Source of the DNA: Rebecca billardiae RCC1528
Lineage: Eukaryota > Protista > Haptophyta
Assembly: GCA_965240325.2 (NCBI GenBank)
Contig: OZ251234.1
Coordinates: forward strand, 62,001-126,000
Direction: 5' to 3'
DNA: 64,000 nucleotides
The notes beneath the pieces were generated by a model. It did no database searches. It was not told the origin of the DNA and saw only the letters and a list, made by a program, of their open reading frames with translations. A program made the translations under genes and the position numbers. This document shows, piece by piece, positions 24,128-35,465 of the stretch; within the stretch, counting starts at the first letter, position 1, and each line of letters opens with the position of its first letter.

Positions 24128-24728
24128 TCACTCGACTCCTCCGAGCTGCGCGGGCTGCGCACCGCCACCGCCATCCGCGCAGGGGCGGCGCCGCGCCCCC
24201 TCGAGTGCCGCCTCCGCAGCCTCTGCGCGCAGCTCGGCCTCGCGCTCGCGCTTCGCGCGTAGCACCGGTGCGAATGCCGCGAAGAGCTCGGCCTCGCGCT
24301 CGTCTAGCGCCGACACCACGCCGCGCAGCCCGTCGTGCACCAGCGACACCTCCGCCGCAAGCGCCGCCGCGTCCACCCGCCGCTCGCGCGCGCGCGCGGA
24401 GAGCGCGCGCGACGCCGCGTGCGCTCGCCCCATCTGCTCGAGCCGCCACGTCCGGATGTGCGCTCCCTGCGGCGCCGGGCCGGTCAGCGCCTCGAGCGCG
24501 AGGGATGCGGCGGCTTCCTCCGCGTCTGGCGCCAGCGCGCATGCGTGCGCGTGCGAGACCGCCGCTGGTTGCCCCGCCAGCGCCGCCCTCGGATCTGCAG
24601 CGGCGGCCGCCGGCGCGAGCGCTGCGGACACCGCCGCCGCCGCAGGCAGCCCGGGGACCGAAGGCACCGCTGCCCGCGGCGAGGCCAGCGCGCCCGGCGT
24701 CCGCACAGCTGCCGGCATCGGCGCCGGA

Positions 24729-24761
<33 letters not shown>

Positions 24762-26377
24762 TCTGCTGCTGCTGCTGCTGCCTCTGCTGCTGCCTCGGGA
24801 TGCGGAGGAAAATTGTGCGCGACGGGCGCCGCATGCGCCGCGGCGGCGAGCGCGGCGGCGGGTCGGCATGCAGCGGCGACGCTCGCCCCCGCGCGCGCGC
24901 TCGACGCTCCGGCCGGCGCGGCCTCGGGCGGCGGCGCCGCGGGTGCGCGCAGCGCAGGCAGCGCTGGCGCCCAGGGCAGCCGCACGCGCAGGGTGAAGCA
25001 CGCCTCCTGTGGCGCACGCTCCAGCAGCGTGTACCCCAACCGCGCGGCGCGCTGCTCGAGGGGCTGCGGCTGCGGCAGCAGCGTGCACAGCACGTCCGCC
25101 TCCTGAAGGCGCAGACCCGACGGTGCGGAGGCGGAGCCCGCCCCCTTTCCCTCCCTTTCAGCCTCCTGCCTGCCGAGCAGCCACCACTCAGGGCCGCGCT
25201 GCACGGCGGAGGGCCACTTTCCCAGCCGGCGCACCGTGTACTGCAGGCGCTCAGAGCCCGGAAGGAGCGCCGCGTCGATGCGCAGCTGGCTGCCCGACAC
25301 CCTCTTCCTTTGGTCGTCGTTGCCTGCAAAGTGCGCCCGCCCCACGCGCACGCTCTGCCCCGCGCGCGCTGGCAGCAGGATCGGTCCGGACTGCTGCGCC
25401 CCGGACTCTGGCCCGGCCACGTGCTCGAGCCGCGGGCTGCACTCCGGGTAGAAGAGGCGCTCGTGGCGCACGTCCACGTCGGGTGTGTGCGAGAGGTGGT
25501 GCAGCACGCGCCCGCGCACCACCTCCAGCCGCTCCTGCCACGCCGCCTCGCAATCGGCCGGGATTTGTGCCGCGCGACCCGCCGCGCGCGCCTCGGTGCA
25601 GCCGCACTCGCCCGGCGCGGCGGCCGCGCAGCAGCGCGGGTCGAAGCGGAGGAAGACGACGGGGCGCGCGCCGAAGACGCCGACGAATCGAGAGGCGCGG
25701 CTCACGCGCGCCTCCTCCGGCTCCGCCGCGCGCGCCTCCTCCGCGCACTCGAGCGCCAGCACGTGCGTCTCTGCGTCCAGCAGCCACGTGCACGGACCAG
25801 CAGAAGCGCACGCCGTGCCGGGAGCGGCGGGCGGCGTGTCGGGCGTGGGCTCGACGTGGCGCCACGCGTCCGAGCCCACGAGCAGCCTGACCAGCCACGC
25901 GTGCAGCTCGCGCTCGCGCGCGCCGAGCCCCGCGGGCATCGCGCCGTCTGGCCCTGCGCGGTCAAGTGCGCAGCCGCTGCAGCACGTGCCGTCGGCGCAC
26001 CGCCGGTTGGCGCGCACCCGGAAGCACGCGCTGCATGTCGGGCCAACGACGTCCTCGAGCTGCTCCCGTGTGGCTGCCATGTGTGTGCTTGCGCACGCCT
26101 CGCACCAGCGCGCGCTGGAGCTCGGCCCGCCCACCGGCCCGTATCGCGGGACCTTTGCGCACGGCGCCGCCGCCCCGCCGCCGCCGTCGCCGCCGCCGCC
26201 TCTGCAGCGCTTGCGCGCGACGTTCTCGAGCTGCTCGCCTGTGGCTTCCGTGTGCGCGCGCGCGCAGCGCACGCAGAAGCGCGCGCTCGAGCTCAGCCCG
26301 CCGACAGGGCCGTAGCACGCCGCGGCTTGGCATCCGTCGCGCTCGCAACGGCGGTACACAGCAGCGCCTTCCACCAT
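24128..26377 (-). CDS. EsV-1-7-like Cys-repeat protein with degenerate giant-virus-type endonuclease, FHA-like domain and coiled coil
   Basis: Two C-x-C..YGPVGG.SSSAR(F/W)C..C...H..LE(N/D)V repeats; WLLDAETHVLALECAE..RPVVFLRFDP; VRVGR..KRVSGSQL; helical C-terminus. Confidence 0.7.
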
Positions 26378-26457
26378 CGGCAGGCTGCGTCGCAGCCAAA
26401 CGGCGCAGCGGCGGTCGCCAGAGTCCGGGCCGCCTGGTCGGCAGGGTCGCTTGCTTG

Positions 26458-27327
26458 ATGGCGGCCACGATGCCCGTGCGCGGCCGAGCGGAGGTGTGCG
26501 CCGAGCTGGATGACGCGGTCGTGGCGTGCGTGGAGGCGCTGCAGCGCTACCTCGACCTGCAGGTGGTGATCAGCGACGCCTTCAAGCGCGGCCACCTCAA
26601 CCTCGCGCGCACCCGCACCGCCGCCAGCATGCCCGGCCCGTTCAGCGACAAGTTCCCGAGCGAGCTCGAGGCGACCGCGCTCGTGCGCGTCTTCGAGACG
26701 TCGAGCGGCGAGCTCGAGCTGAGCGTGGCGGCGCGCCCGGCCGACGGTGCGGCCGCGGACGCCAAGCCCACCGCGCGCACGACGCCCGGCGCCAGCCTGC
26801 CCCCCATCGGCGGCGCGCACCTGGACGCGGCCACGCCTGGGCCCAACAGCGTGGGCGTGCTCGTGGGCAACATGTGCACGTTCGAGGACGAGCGCGGGGT
26901 GAACCACGTCTCGTCCGTGCAGTCGAACGTCAGGTTCGCGCCCGGCGGCGTGAGTGGCGTGCAGGCCGCCACGTTCGCCGCGCTGGTCGCCGAGGGCACC
27001 GCGCGCGAGGCTGCGGCGGCAGGGGGCGGCGGCGACAGCGGCGGCCGCGCGCAGAGCTCGCTCGACACGCCCGTGATCGACGCCCCGCGCGTGCGCGCGC
27101 CGCCGCGGCAGCACGACCCGATCAAATGGTTCGGCGTGCTCGTGCCCCCGCCGCTGCGCGACGCGCAGCGCGTCTTCGAGCGCGCGCTGCCCACCACGCT
27201 CGAGCTCGCCGCGGCCTCGCTCGCCGTCGCAGCCGCGCGCGAGCGCGTCGAGGCGCTCACGCGCGAGCGTGACCTCACTGACCAGCCCGGCGCGCAGCCC
27301 GGCGCGGCGGACGGCGCGGAGGCATGA
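26458..27327 (+). CDS. CCDC115: V-ATPase assembly factor Vma22/CCDC115
   Basis: LD..V..LQRY....ISDAFKRGHLNLARTR and DPIKWFGVLVPPPLRDAQRVFERAL signatures. Confidence 0.88.
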   Translation: MAATMPVRGRAEVCAELDDAVVACVEALQRYLDLQVVISDAFKRGHLNLARTRTAASMPGPFSDKFPSELEATALVRVFETSSGELELSVAARPADGAAADAKPTARTTPGASLPPIGGAHLDAATPGPNSVGVLVGNMCTFEDERGVNHVSSVQSNVRFAPGGVSGVQAATFAALVAEGTAREAAAAGGGGDSGGRAQSSLDTPVIDAPRVRAPPRQHDPIKWFGVLVPPPLRDAQRVFERALPTTLELAAASLAVAAARERVEALTRERDLTDQPGAQPGAADGAEA

Positions 27328-27641
27328 CAGCGGCGGGGTGGGGTCGCGCAGCTCGCCGTGCCCGTCAGCGGGGGCGCACGCAGTCACCGCTCTGATGGGC
27401 GGCTCCGCCGCGGCTCGACCAGCAGCGCATGAGTGACAATGCTGAGAGTACATCTATCACCGACATGGCCGCGGACGCGGTGGCCGACAGACGGACTCGG
27501 AGGCCCGTGGCCGTGCGCGCCGCGTCTGAGGTCGTCCAGGCCCGTCCAGCCAGCATGTGCTGGGCTGATGGCCTTCAGATGAGTCGGATGATGACGACGC
27601 TGATGATGACAGACGGCGCGGTCGCTGACGATGATATTATA

Positions 27642-27882
<241 letters not shown>

Positions 27883-28374
27883 TATTTAGTCCGGGGTGAC
27901 CAGGACTATCGTCGGGCGCCGGCGGAATATATCGTCGGTCGATCGATCTGCTGTAGTCTGTTAGTGTTCGGATCTGCATGTTTGAAATACTATATATATA
28001 CCGGACGTACGACGATTCAGCAGGATTCGCGACTGCTACTCACGGACAGTGACACGCGTCACACGCCACACGGCCACACGGCCACACGGCCACGGGCACG
28101 GCAGTGCGCGCGCATGATTTGTGCCCGCGATTGGCGCGACTACTGTGCAGGCAGCTGTGGCACGACCAGCGGCGTGGCACTACGCCCGCGGCTCCGCGGC
28201 CCGGCGGCCGCGGCCCGCGTCTCACGTCGCGCACGGCGGCGCTTCGTTTGCACGGAGGTATGCTCATCAGAACCACCAGCTGCAGCATATCAGCAGCAGC
28301 AGCTCGAGTCCAGCGGTCGGGTCGCGCATGCGAGCCGCACAAACTGCTCCCAGCCGCGCCCGTGGCAGCCCGCC

Positions 28375-29694
28375 TCACTTGCCGAGCGCTTCGCGCAGCA
28401 GCTCCGTCTCGCGCGCCACGGCGGCGGCAAACGGCAGCGGCTGCGACGCCGCGCCGGTCGGCCCTGGCTGCTGGCCCGCGGCGCGCGCGAGGGCGGCCTC
28501 CTCCAGCGCGCGCAGGCCCTCGCGCACGCCCTCGGCGGCGGCGGCTGAGCGCGCGGCGCGCGCGAGCCCGCCCTTGAGCGCGACGCCGCGCCACAGCCGC
28601 CACAGCTCGGCGCTGCCAAAGTCGCTCGGCCCCGCGCCCGGCCGCGCGTCCTCGCCGAAGCCGAAGCGCTTGTAGCACGCGCTCAGCGGGTTGCTCGCGG
28701 CTGTGAAGAGGTGTGAGCACTCGCCGGGGCGGAGCCAGGAGAGCTGCGAGCCGGTGGAGCAGAAGCCGTGCGCGTCTCGGAAGCAGATGCCGCTGTCCTC
28801 GTCGCGCAGCACCGACGCCTGCCACCCGAGCCAGCCACGCGCGTCGTCGGCGCCGAGCGCGCCCGAGCGCGCGCGCTCGAGGACGGCCGCGGTGTGCTGA
28901 GCGCCCGCGCGCTCGCGGCCGCGCGGCTCGAGGCTCGAGTGCGCGCGGCCGCCGGCCTCGAGCGCGGCCTTCCAGTCGAACGGCGCGCCGCCGTCCCACC
29001 AGCCGCGCGCGCGGCACAGCGCGTGCAGCCCGTCCGAGACGGCCAGCGCCCCGGTCCGGATCGAGAGTCCGTTGGAGATGTTGCGCGCGCAGCCCGCCGC
29101 CACTCGCTCGAGCGCCCAGTGGCGCACGCCGGCCGTCTCGAGCACGTACGCCTCGGTCGCGTCGGCGAAGAGGAAGCCGTTCTCGTACGTCCACCCGCCG
29201 CCGTCGTCCGAGCACGCCCCGCCCTGCCCGTGCGCCTCGAGCAGCGCGCAGCACACGTCGGCCGCCTCGCGTGCCGTCGGCCCGCGCTCGAGCGCCAGCC
29301 GCAGCAGGTCCATGCCCAGCAGCCGCGGCTCGTCGCCGAGCTCGGCAGCGAGCAGGCTGTGCACCGCCTCGTTGCCGCCGACCACGCCGTGCTCGTTCGC
29401 GCCCATCTCGCAGCCCCACAGCCAGCTCGGCCGCGAGAGCACCACGCCGAGCGTCGAGGGTGCCTGCGCGATCTCAACGTGCGTGCACCGCACGCGCGAG
29501 CCGGGCGCGTGCGTCGCCGGCGGCACGAAGACGACCTCGTGCTCCTCTTCGGACGGGCGGTCCGAGTTCTTGCCGAAGAGCGTGCACGCCGGCCCGCCCG
29601 GCCCGGCGACCACGACGAACGTGTCGCACGAGCGCGGCGGTGGGCGCTGCGCCGAGCTCGCCATGATCGAGAGCGCGCCGACGACGACGAGCAT
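28375..29694 (-). CDS. SCRN: Secernin (peptidase C69 family)
   Basis: SCDTFVV, FGKNSDRP, LSRPSWLWGCEMGANEHGV, LLGMDLLRLALERG, AYVLETAG. Confidence 0.93.
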   Translation of the reverse strand: MLVVVGALSIMASSAQRPPPRSCDTFVVVAGPGGPACTLFGKNSDRPSEEEHEVVFVPPATHAPGSRVRCTHVEIAQAPSTLGVVLSRPSWLWGCEMGANEHGVVGGNEAVHSLLAAELGDEPRLLGMDLLRLALERGPTAREAADVCCALLEAHGQGGACSDDGGGWTYENGFLFADATEAYVLETAGVRHWALERVAAGCARNISNGLSIRTGALAVSDGLHALCRARGWWDGGAPFDWKAALEAGGRAHSSLEPRGRERAGAQHTAAVLERARSGALGADDARGWLGWQASVLRDEDSGICFRDAHGFCSTGSQLSWLRPGECSHLFTAASNPLSACYKRFGFGEDARPGAGPSDFGSAELWRLWRGVALKGGLARAARSAAAAEGVREGLRALEEAALARAAGQQPGPTGAASQPLPFAAAVARETELLREALGK

Positions 29695-29957
29695 GGACGG
29701 CCGGCCGGATCGGCGGGTTCGCGATATATTCTTGTACTAATTCTTGTACTAATTCTACATTGAAAGACACTGCTAGTAGTGTAATACAACGCGTCCGCCC
29801 CCGGCCGCGGGGCGGACCACTGCGCGGCTGACGGGGCGTTCTGAAGCCGCGCCGCGCGCTCGTCCACCCGGCCACTGCGCTTCAGCCGCATTGTGCTGCT
29901 GTCATTGATCTGTTGACGACACTGACAGAGTTCTAAGCCATCGCCTGCCATCAGAGG

Positions 29958-30566
29958 CTACCGACGCTGCGACTGCTTCGCTTGAAGCAGCTGTCGTGAC
30001 GCTGGCAGCATGGCCGCTGTCTGATTGAGCAGCGCGTGCATGCCGTCACGGCTCTCAGCTCGCGAGTAGCCGGATGCATCGGCATACTCATGGCAGACGG
30101 TCGTTTTGATCATCGTGCGCCACCGCCAGTCCGCGGCCTGCGACGCCATGGTCGCCGCAACGGCGCTACCACGCGGTCGCCCGGCGGCTGGCGGCAGCGA
30201 TGGGCAAAGTGGGCTCGGAGAGCCGTCAGCCTCGTTCGGGATGGCAAAGCAGCTCCGCTTGAACGCGATGATAGTGCGCGCCGGGATGTGCGTCGATGAA
30301 GGCCCATACCACGAGAAGGAGTTGCACCTGGGCCCGCACTTGTGAAAGATCCGCTGGCCAATCACGTCGTCAAAATGCCACGGGCCGACGGACAGGTCCG
30401 ATCCCCTTGGCGCGCATCCGTCGACGAGCACAAAGTTGCGCGCGTAGCCGGTGCTCGTGCGCGACACGGGGGTCAGGCAGCCGAAGATCACGAGCGCCGC
30501 GCCAAAGACGAGCAGGACCACCACCCCAGCAGTGCCCCCCGCGCACGGGATTGGCAGAGCCGCCAT
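29958..30566 (-). CDS. Hypothetical protein with N-terminal membrane anchor
   Basis: GVVVLLVFGAALVIFG anchor; divergent from SDE2; no recognised domain. Confidence 0.45.
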   Translation of the reverse strand: MAALPIPCAGGTAGVVVLLVFGAALVIFGCLTPVSRTSTGYARNFVLVDGCAPRGSDLSVGPWHFDDVIGQRIFHKCGPRCNSFSWYGPSSTHIPARTIIAFKRSCFAIPNEADGSPSPLCPSLPPAAGRPRGSAVAATMASQAADWRWRTMIKTTVCHEYADASGYSRAESRDGMHALLNQTAAMLPASRQLLQAKQSQRR

Positions 30567-30676
30567 CGCCACTCTGAACTCTCTGATTCCCGCCGAGTGC
30601 GACGACCGGCCGTCGCCACCAACCAGAAGGGCCAAGGCCCAGGCGCCCTCGCCCCGGCCCCCTCCGCCTCTCCGCC

Positions 30677-31531
30677 ATGAGCCTGCTCGTCACGCGGCTC
30701 GACGGCTCGACGCTGTGCGTCCGCACGGGCGGCAAGCCCATGGGCGTGTCGGCCCTGATGGAGGCCATCGCCGACGCCGAGGGCGTGCCGCCGTCCGAGC
30801 AGCGCCTCGTGCGCGGCGGCAAGGAGCTGCGCGCGGGGCCGGGCGAGCCGCTGCTGAGCGGGCCGCTGCCGCCCGTCACGCTGTGCCTGCGCATCTGCGG
30901 TGGGAAGGGCGGGTTCGGCGCGATGCTGCGGGGCAAGGCGCTCGTTGCCGGCCAGAAGAAGACCACCAACTTCGACGCGTGCCGCGACCTGAACGGCGTG
31001 CGGCTGCGCGCGGTGCAGACGGAGAAGCGCATCGCCGAGTGGCGCGCGCAGCAGGAGAAGAAGGCGCGCGCGCGCGGCGCGGCGGGCGGCGCGGCGGCGG
31101 GCACGCGGCCGGCCGCGGCGGGCCTCGCCGACGCCGCCGGCTCGGCCTCCGCCGACGCGTCCGCCGCCTTCGACCTCGACGGCTACTACGAGGCGAACGA
31201 GGCGAAGCGCGAGGGCACCGCGTCCGCGGTCGCGGCCGGGCTCAGGGCGAAGCGGCAGCGCGACGAGCTGGAGGAGACGGTGCGCGAGGCGGCGGCTCTC
31301 GAGGGCGCGCCGGTGGGGCTCGCCGCGGGCGCGCCCGCGGGCGCGCCCGCGCAGGCACTCGCCGGCGGGGCCGCCAAGGCGGCGCGGGTCGGGCCCGCCG
31401 CCGCGGCCGCCCCCGGCTCGACCGCCGCGCGCAAGGCGCCGGCTGCGCCGCCCGCGACGGCGTGCGCGAGCAAGTGGACGGTGCTCGACGAGCCGTCGTC
31501 CGGCGACGATGACGACTCGGATGAGGAGTAG
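30677..31531 (+). CDS. SDE2: SDE2 (ubiquitin-like fold plus Sde2 N domain)
   Basis: [18 protein letters not shown]; [11 protein letters not shown] cleavage motif; [16 protein letters not shown]. Confidence 0.93.
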   Translation: MSLLVTRLDGSTLCVRTGGKPMGVSALMEAIADAEGVPPSEQRLVRGGKELRAGPGEPLLSGPLPPVTLCLRICGGKGGFGAMLRGKALVAGQKKTTNFDACRDLNGVRLRAVQTEKRIAEWRAQQEKKARARGAAGGAAAGTRPAAAGLADAAGSASADASAAFDLDGYYEANEAKREGTASAVAAGLRAKRQRDELEETVREAAALEGAPVGLAAGAPAGAPAQALAGGAAKAARVGPAAAAAPGSTAARKAPAAPPATACASKWTVLDEPSSGDDDDSDEE

Positions 31532-31933
31532 GGCCGCCCGCGGCGAGGGCCGTCGGTGGGCTGTTGATCACCACTGAGACTGTCGCCGGCGCATGAAGCC
31601 AACTTACTGTCCGGTGCCAAGCGTTCGGGCGCGCCCATCCGCCCAAGCTGCCTAGTCCGGGCAGACGGGCGAGAATGCCGGTTGGAGATCTTGACAGTGA
31701 CGAAGTTTCGACCCCCTTTCTGCCGGCTACCATAGTAGCACGGCACGCGCACCGGACGCGCCACACGGTGGCAGCCGCGTCCACTCGGCTCGATGACGCC
31801 AGCGAGCCGGGGCTGCGGGCGCGGAGGATGAGTCGGTTGGTCAGGCGCACCGGTGCAGGCAGTTGCCCCTGCCCCCAGCACCACACACGGCGTCCGCCTG
31901 CTCGCGCTCGTCTCGGGCGCTGCACGCGTCGAC

Positions 31934-33243
31934 ATGAGCGAGAGCAGCTCGCTGCGCTCGCCGCTCTCGGATGGGCTCGACCCTCTCTGCACGGCTCTCC
32001 ACCTCTGGACCCCCGCCGCGGGCGTCAGCTCGCCCGTTGGCCAGCCACACGCGCCGCGGCTGGGCAGCGCGTACCAGGTGGGGGCCCTGCCGGCGCCGAG
32101 CGGCGAGGAGGAGGCGAGCCACGAGCCCACGCCGGGCGTGTGGGAGGAGGAGCCGCCGCGCACATGGACGGACTCGGAGGACACGCGCTTCCGCGAGGGC
32201 GTCCTCCACTTCGGCACTGATTTCCGCCGCATGTGCGCGCAGATGCGCCCGCGCCGCGCGCCGCTGCGCGTGCGCGCGCGGGGCATGCAGGCGGCGGGCG
32301 GGGCACGGCGTGACGCGTCTCCTCGCGCCGAGACTCATGTGCTCCCAACACCCCGCCCCTCCCCGCCCGGCCGCAGCCAACGCCTCCTGCTCCCGGAGCT
32401 GCCGCTGCGCGAGCTGGTGTCTCATTACTACCTCTCCCGGGGCAAGGGCTGGCGGCCCGCAACGCGCCGCGAGTTCGGCGGCGACGGCGAGGCGTTGATT
32501 GGGCACGATGCGGCGCGCAAGCGGTGTGTGCGCGTGGACCCACCGTCGCCCGCCGCCGCCGCCGACGTGCGCCCATGCAGCGCTCGCAGCGCGCGCGCCT
32601 CACCCGCCGTCCCCCGCGCCACCCCTTGCCCGCGCCCCCTTCCCTCCGCAGGGCTCGGCCGTGCGGCACCGTGGGCTGCATGCTGCACGACTACCACGCG
32701 GGCGTGCACCTCTTCGCGGCGGTGGAGGGCAAGCGGAGGAGGCTCCCCAAGCACCCCGGCCCGGCCACCATGCACAGCGCCAAGGCTCCGCGCGCCAGGC
32801 CCGCCTCACCGCCACTGGCGGCGTGCGCGGACGCCGGCGCCGCGTCCCCGCCCCGGGCGCTGCCGCCGGCAGCGCGCAGCCTGAGCCGGGCCAACTCGTA
32901 CGACGACGGCAAGGCGTCCGAGGCGAGCACGCACGAGAACCCGGCCACCGACGCGCGCTGCCTGGCGCAGGCGTCGAGCCCCGACGACGCGATGCCGCTG
33001 GTGCTGTGCGCCGCCGCCTCCGCACTGGACACGCCGCGGCACCGACCCGGCCGAGCGGCGGAGGCGGCGGCGCGGCCGCTGTCCGAACGGCCGGAGCGCG
33101 TGCACACCAAGGGCCAGTGCGGCACCGTCGGATGCCAGCTCAAGGACCGGCACGCGGGCCTGCACCTCTTCGACAAGCCCGCAGGGCCCCGCGTGCGCAT
33201 GCCCTCGGCACGATTGCTGGCAAGCGGAGGCGGCTCAGATTGA
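31934..33243 (+). CDS. ELM2-SANT/Myb chromatin protein; introns ~32233-32377 and ~32524-32651
   Basis: PRLGSAYQVGALP (ELM2-like); WTDSEDTRFREGVLHFGTDFRRI..LPELPLRELVSHYY (SANT); two CGTVGC..H repeats. Confidence 0.8.
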
Positions 33244-33599
33244 GCCTGCATCAGTTGGCCGTCATGACGATTGGCGGCATCTCACTCACGGGTACACGGA
33301 CTCGGCTGCCGTGCGGAATGCTCTGAATGGCCGCGGCGCGCGCGCGGCTCGCGCGCGCGGAACATAAATCTGAATACGTACATATAGGCTGCTAGTGATG
33401 GTTATATGACCGCGTTCCGCGGTCCGCTTCCGTAGAACCAACGCAGTTAGAGGCCCGCGGTGCACCCTCCGTCGGCCGTCGGCTGTCACTGTCAGTCTGA
33501 CATGTGTAACAGTTCGCCTGAGGACTGTCGCCGCGCGGGCCGCGCGCGGGGAAGCGGCCGCTGGGGCGGCGCGCGCGCGCAGGGCGAGAGGCGCCGCGC

Positions 33600-34950
33600 G
33601 GCGCGGGCCGGCGCGTGCGCGCGTGCGGGCGCACCTGCTTGAGGTGCTCGCGCTGCGCCATGCGCTCGACGACGGGCCGCTGGTCGCTCAGCCGGCGCGC
33701 CTCGTGCCGGCAGAGCGAGAGCGCGCGCCACTCGGCTGCCCCGGCCTGCCGCTGCGCAGCCGCGCACCGAGACCGAGCGAGCGGAGCTCGGGGTGGAACG
33801 AGGCGAGCGGCGCGTCGCGCCTGCCGCCGCGCGTGCGCGCGACTGCTCCACCGCGCCGCCGTGCTCGCCCGCCGCCTCCTCCGCCGCGTCGGCGGCCTCG
33901 AAGACGGCGGCGGCCAGCCAACGGCAGGCTCGGAGCCTGTGCGCGCTCCTGAACCGGCGCCGATCGCCTCGACGGCCGTCTACTCCGCACAGCTGGCTGC
34001 TCGAGCTGCTGCACGGGGCGTCGCGACGAGGGCGCCGCGCGCGCCCAGCGCGTCCGTCGCCGCGTCGCGCAGCGCGTCGCGCTCGGCGTCGCGCTTCGCC
34101 AGCTCGGCGCACAGCGCCTCCGCGCGCACGTGCTGGCATGCACGGCCTGTCTGTCAGTGTCTGTGTGCCTGTGACGCCGCCCATCTGCGCGCGCAGCTCG
34201 GCTGCAGCTCGGCTGCAGCTCGACGGCGGACTCGTCGCGGCTGGCGGCGAGGGTGCGCAACGCGTCGACGGCCGAGGCCTGCAGCCCGGTGATCGCCGCG
34301 TCGACGCGCGCGGCGCATTCCCAGCGCAGCTCCTCGCGCTACGTGGCCGCCGCTTGCGTGCAGCAGTGTCTTGCGAGCGTTCGGGACTGGCTGGCTGCTC
34401 GTCCTCACGCTGCTGCACCTCAGCGCCGCCGTCGACCGAGTTGAGGAGGAGCTCGCGCTCGGCGTCGAGGAGCGAGCTCGCGTGCTCGAGCTCGCCCTTC
34501 AGCTGCGCGAACTCCGGGCGCATCCGGCTCATCTCCGCTGCGTGCTCGGCGCGCTCACTCATCCTCGAAGCGTCCGAGCGACAAGCTCGTGAGCGTGCTC
34601 CGGACTCGGCTCGCCCTTGCGCGCTCCTCCTCGAGCGACGAACACGCCCGCGGGCAGGCTGTTGCCCGCCGCCTCCGCCGCGATCTCGCCGCCCCCGCCG
34701 CCGCGATCTCGTCGCGCATGCTTTGCAGCGGGGCGCTGTGGGCGCGCCGTCGGCACGGCCTGGCGACGGACCGGACCGAGCGAGACGCGCGCGACGCCTC
34801 GGGGAGAGCCGGAGCGGAGCGCGAGGGCGAGAGCAGAGCGCGAGGGGGAGACCAGCGGCCGGCCGGCTCCCGCCACCGCGCGCGCACCGCGGCGTACGCG
34901 GCGCCGACACGCACGTCCCCGGTCAGGGCGCCGCAGCGACGAAGCGAACG
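33600..34950 (-). pseudogene. Frameshifted coiled-coil gene remnant
   Basis: Coiled-coil-like fragments (LQSMRDEI, LEEERAR, ERAEHAAEMSRMRPEFAQLKGELEHASSLLDAERE, LRTLAASRDESAVEL) in different frames; no clean intron solution. Boundaries approximate. Confidence 0.4.
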
Positions 34951-35251
34951 CGAACGAGCGAGCGAGCAGCTCGAGAGTCGAGGGCCGTCCGTGCTCGGTC
35001 GAATAAGTGAGCGTAGGGCGCCCCGCGCGCGCCTGGCGGCTCCCAGTATCCAACTTATTGCGAATAGGTAGCAAAACTTGATCACTTCCAAGTGCCCGTG
35101 TATGGCCTATGTTTCCAGCACCAAGTGATGCATCGGTAAATAACAGCGCGCCGCGCGCGCACGCAGTACGCCGACATGCAGTAGTTGAGGAGGACCCTGA
35201 CCATGCACATCAACATGCACTTTCAAAAGGTTGCGCTTAGGCCCGGTTTGT

Positions 35252-35465
35252 AGGCGGGTAACTTGTTACGTTTTAACAAGCCGCCATAGGCGCCATTCAA
35301 AGAATCTCGTTTAACATTAGTGCACAGGCGGTTCATCCATCGAGGCAGGCGGGTAATGTGGTTGAACAAGCGCTATTCAAAAGAATATCTTTTAATATTA
35401 TAGGGCGGTTCATCCATCGAGACAGGCGGGTAGGTGTTTAAACAAAGCGCTATTCAGAAGCATCT
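35252..35465. repeat. Degenerate ~80-95-bp tandem repeat, about 2.5 copies
   Basis: Units start AGGCGGGTA at 35252, 35347 and 35424; shared AACAAG..CGCYATTCA..GAA and GGCGGTTCATCCATCGAG. Confidence 0.8.

Noticed and set aside
35252-35465. CRISPR-like repeat-spacer appearance
   Set aside because: Intervening sequences are homologous to each other, only ~2.5 units, no cas genes, eukaryotic context.
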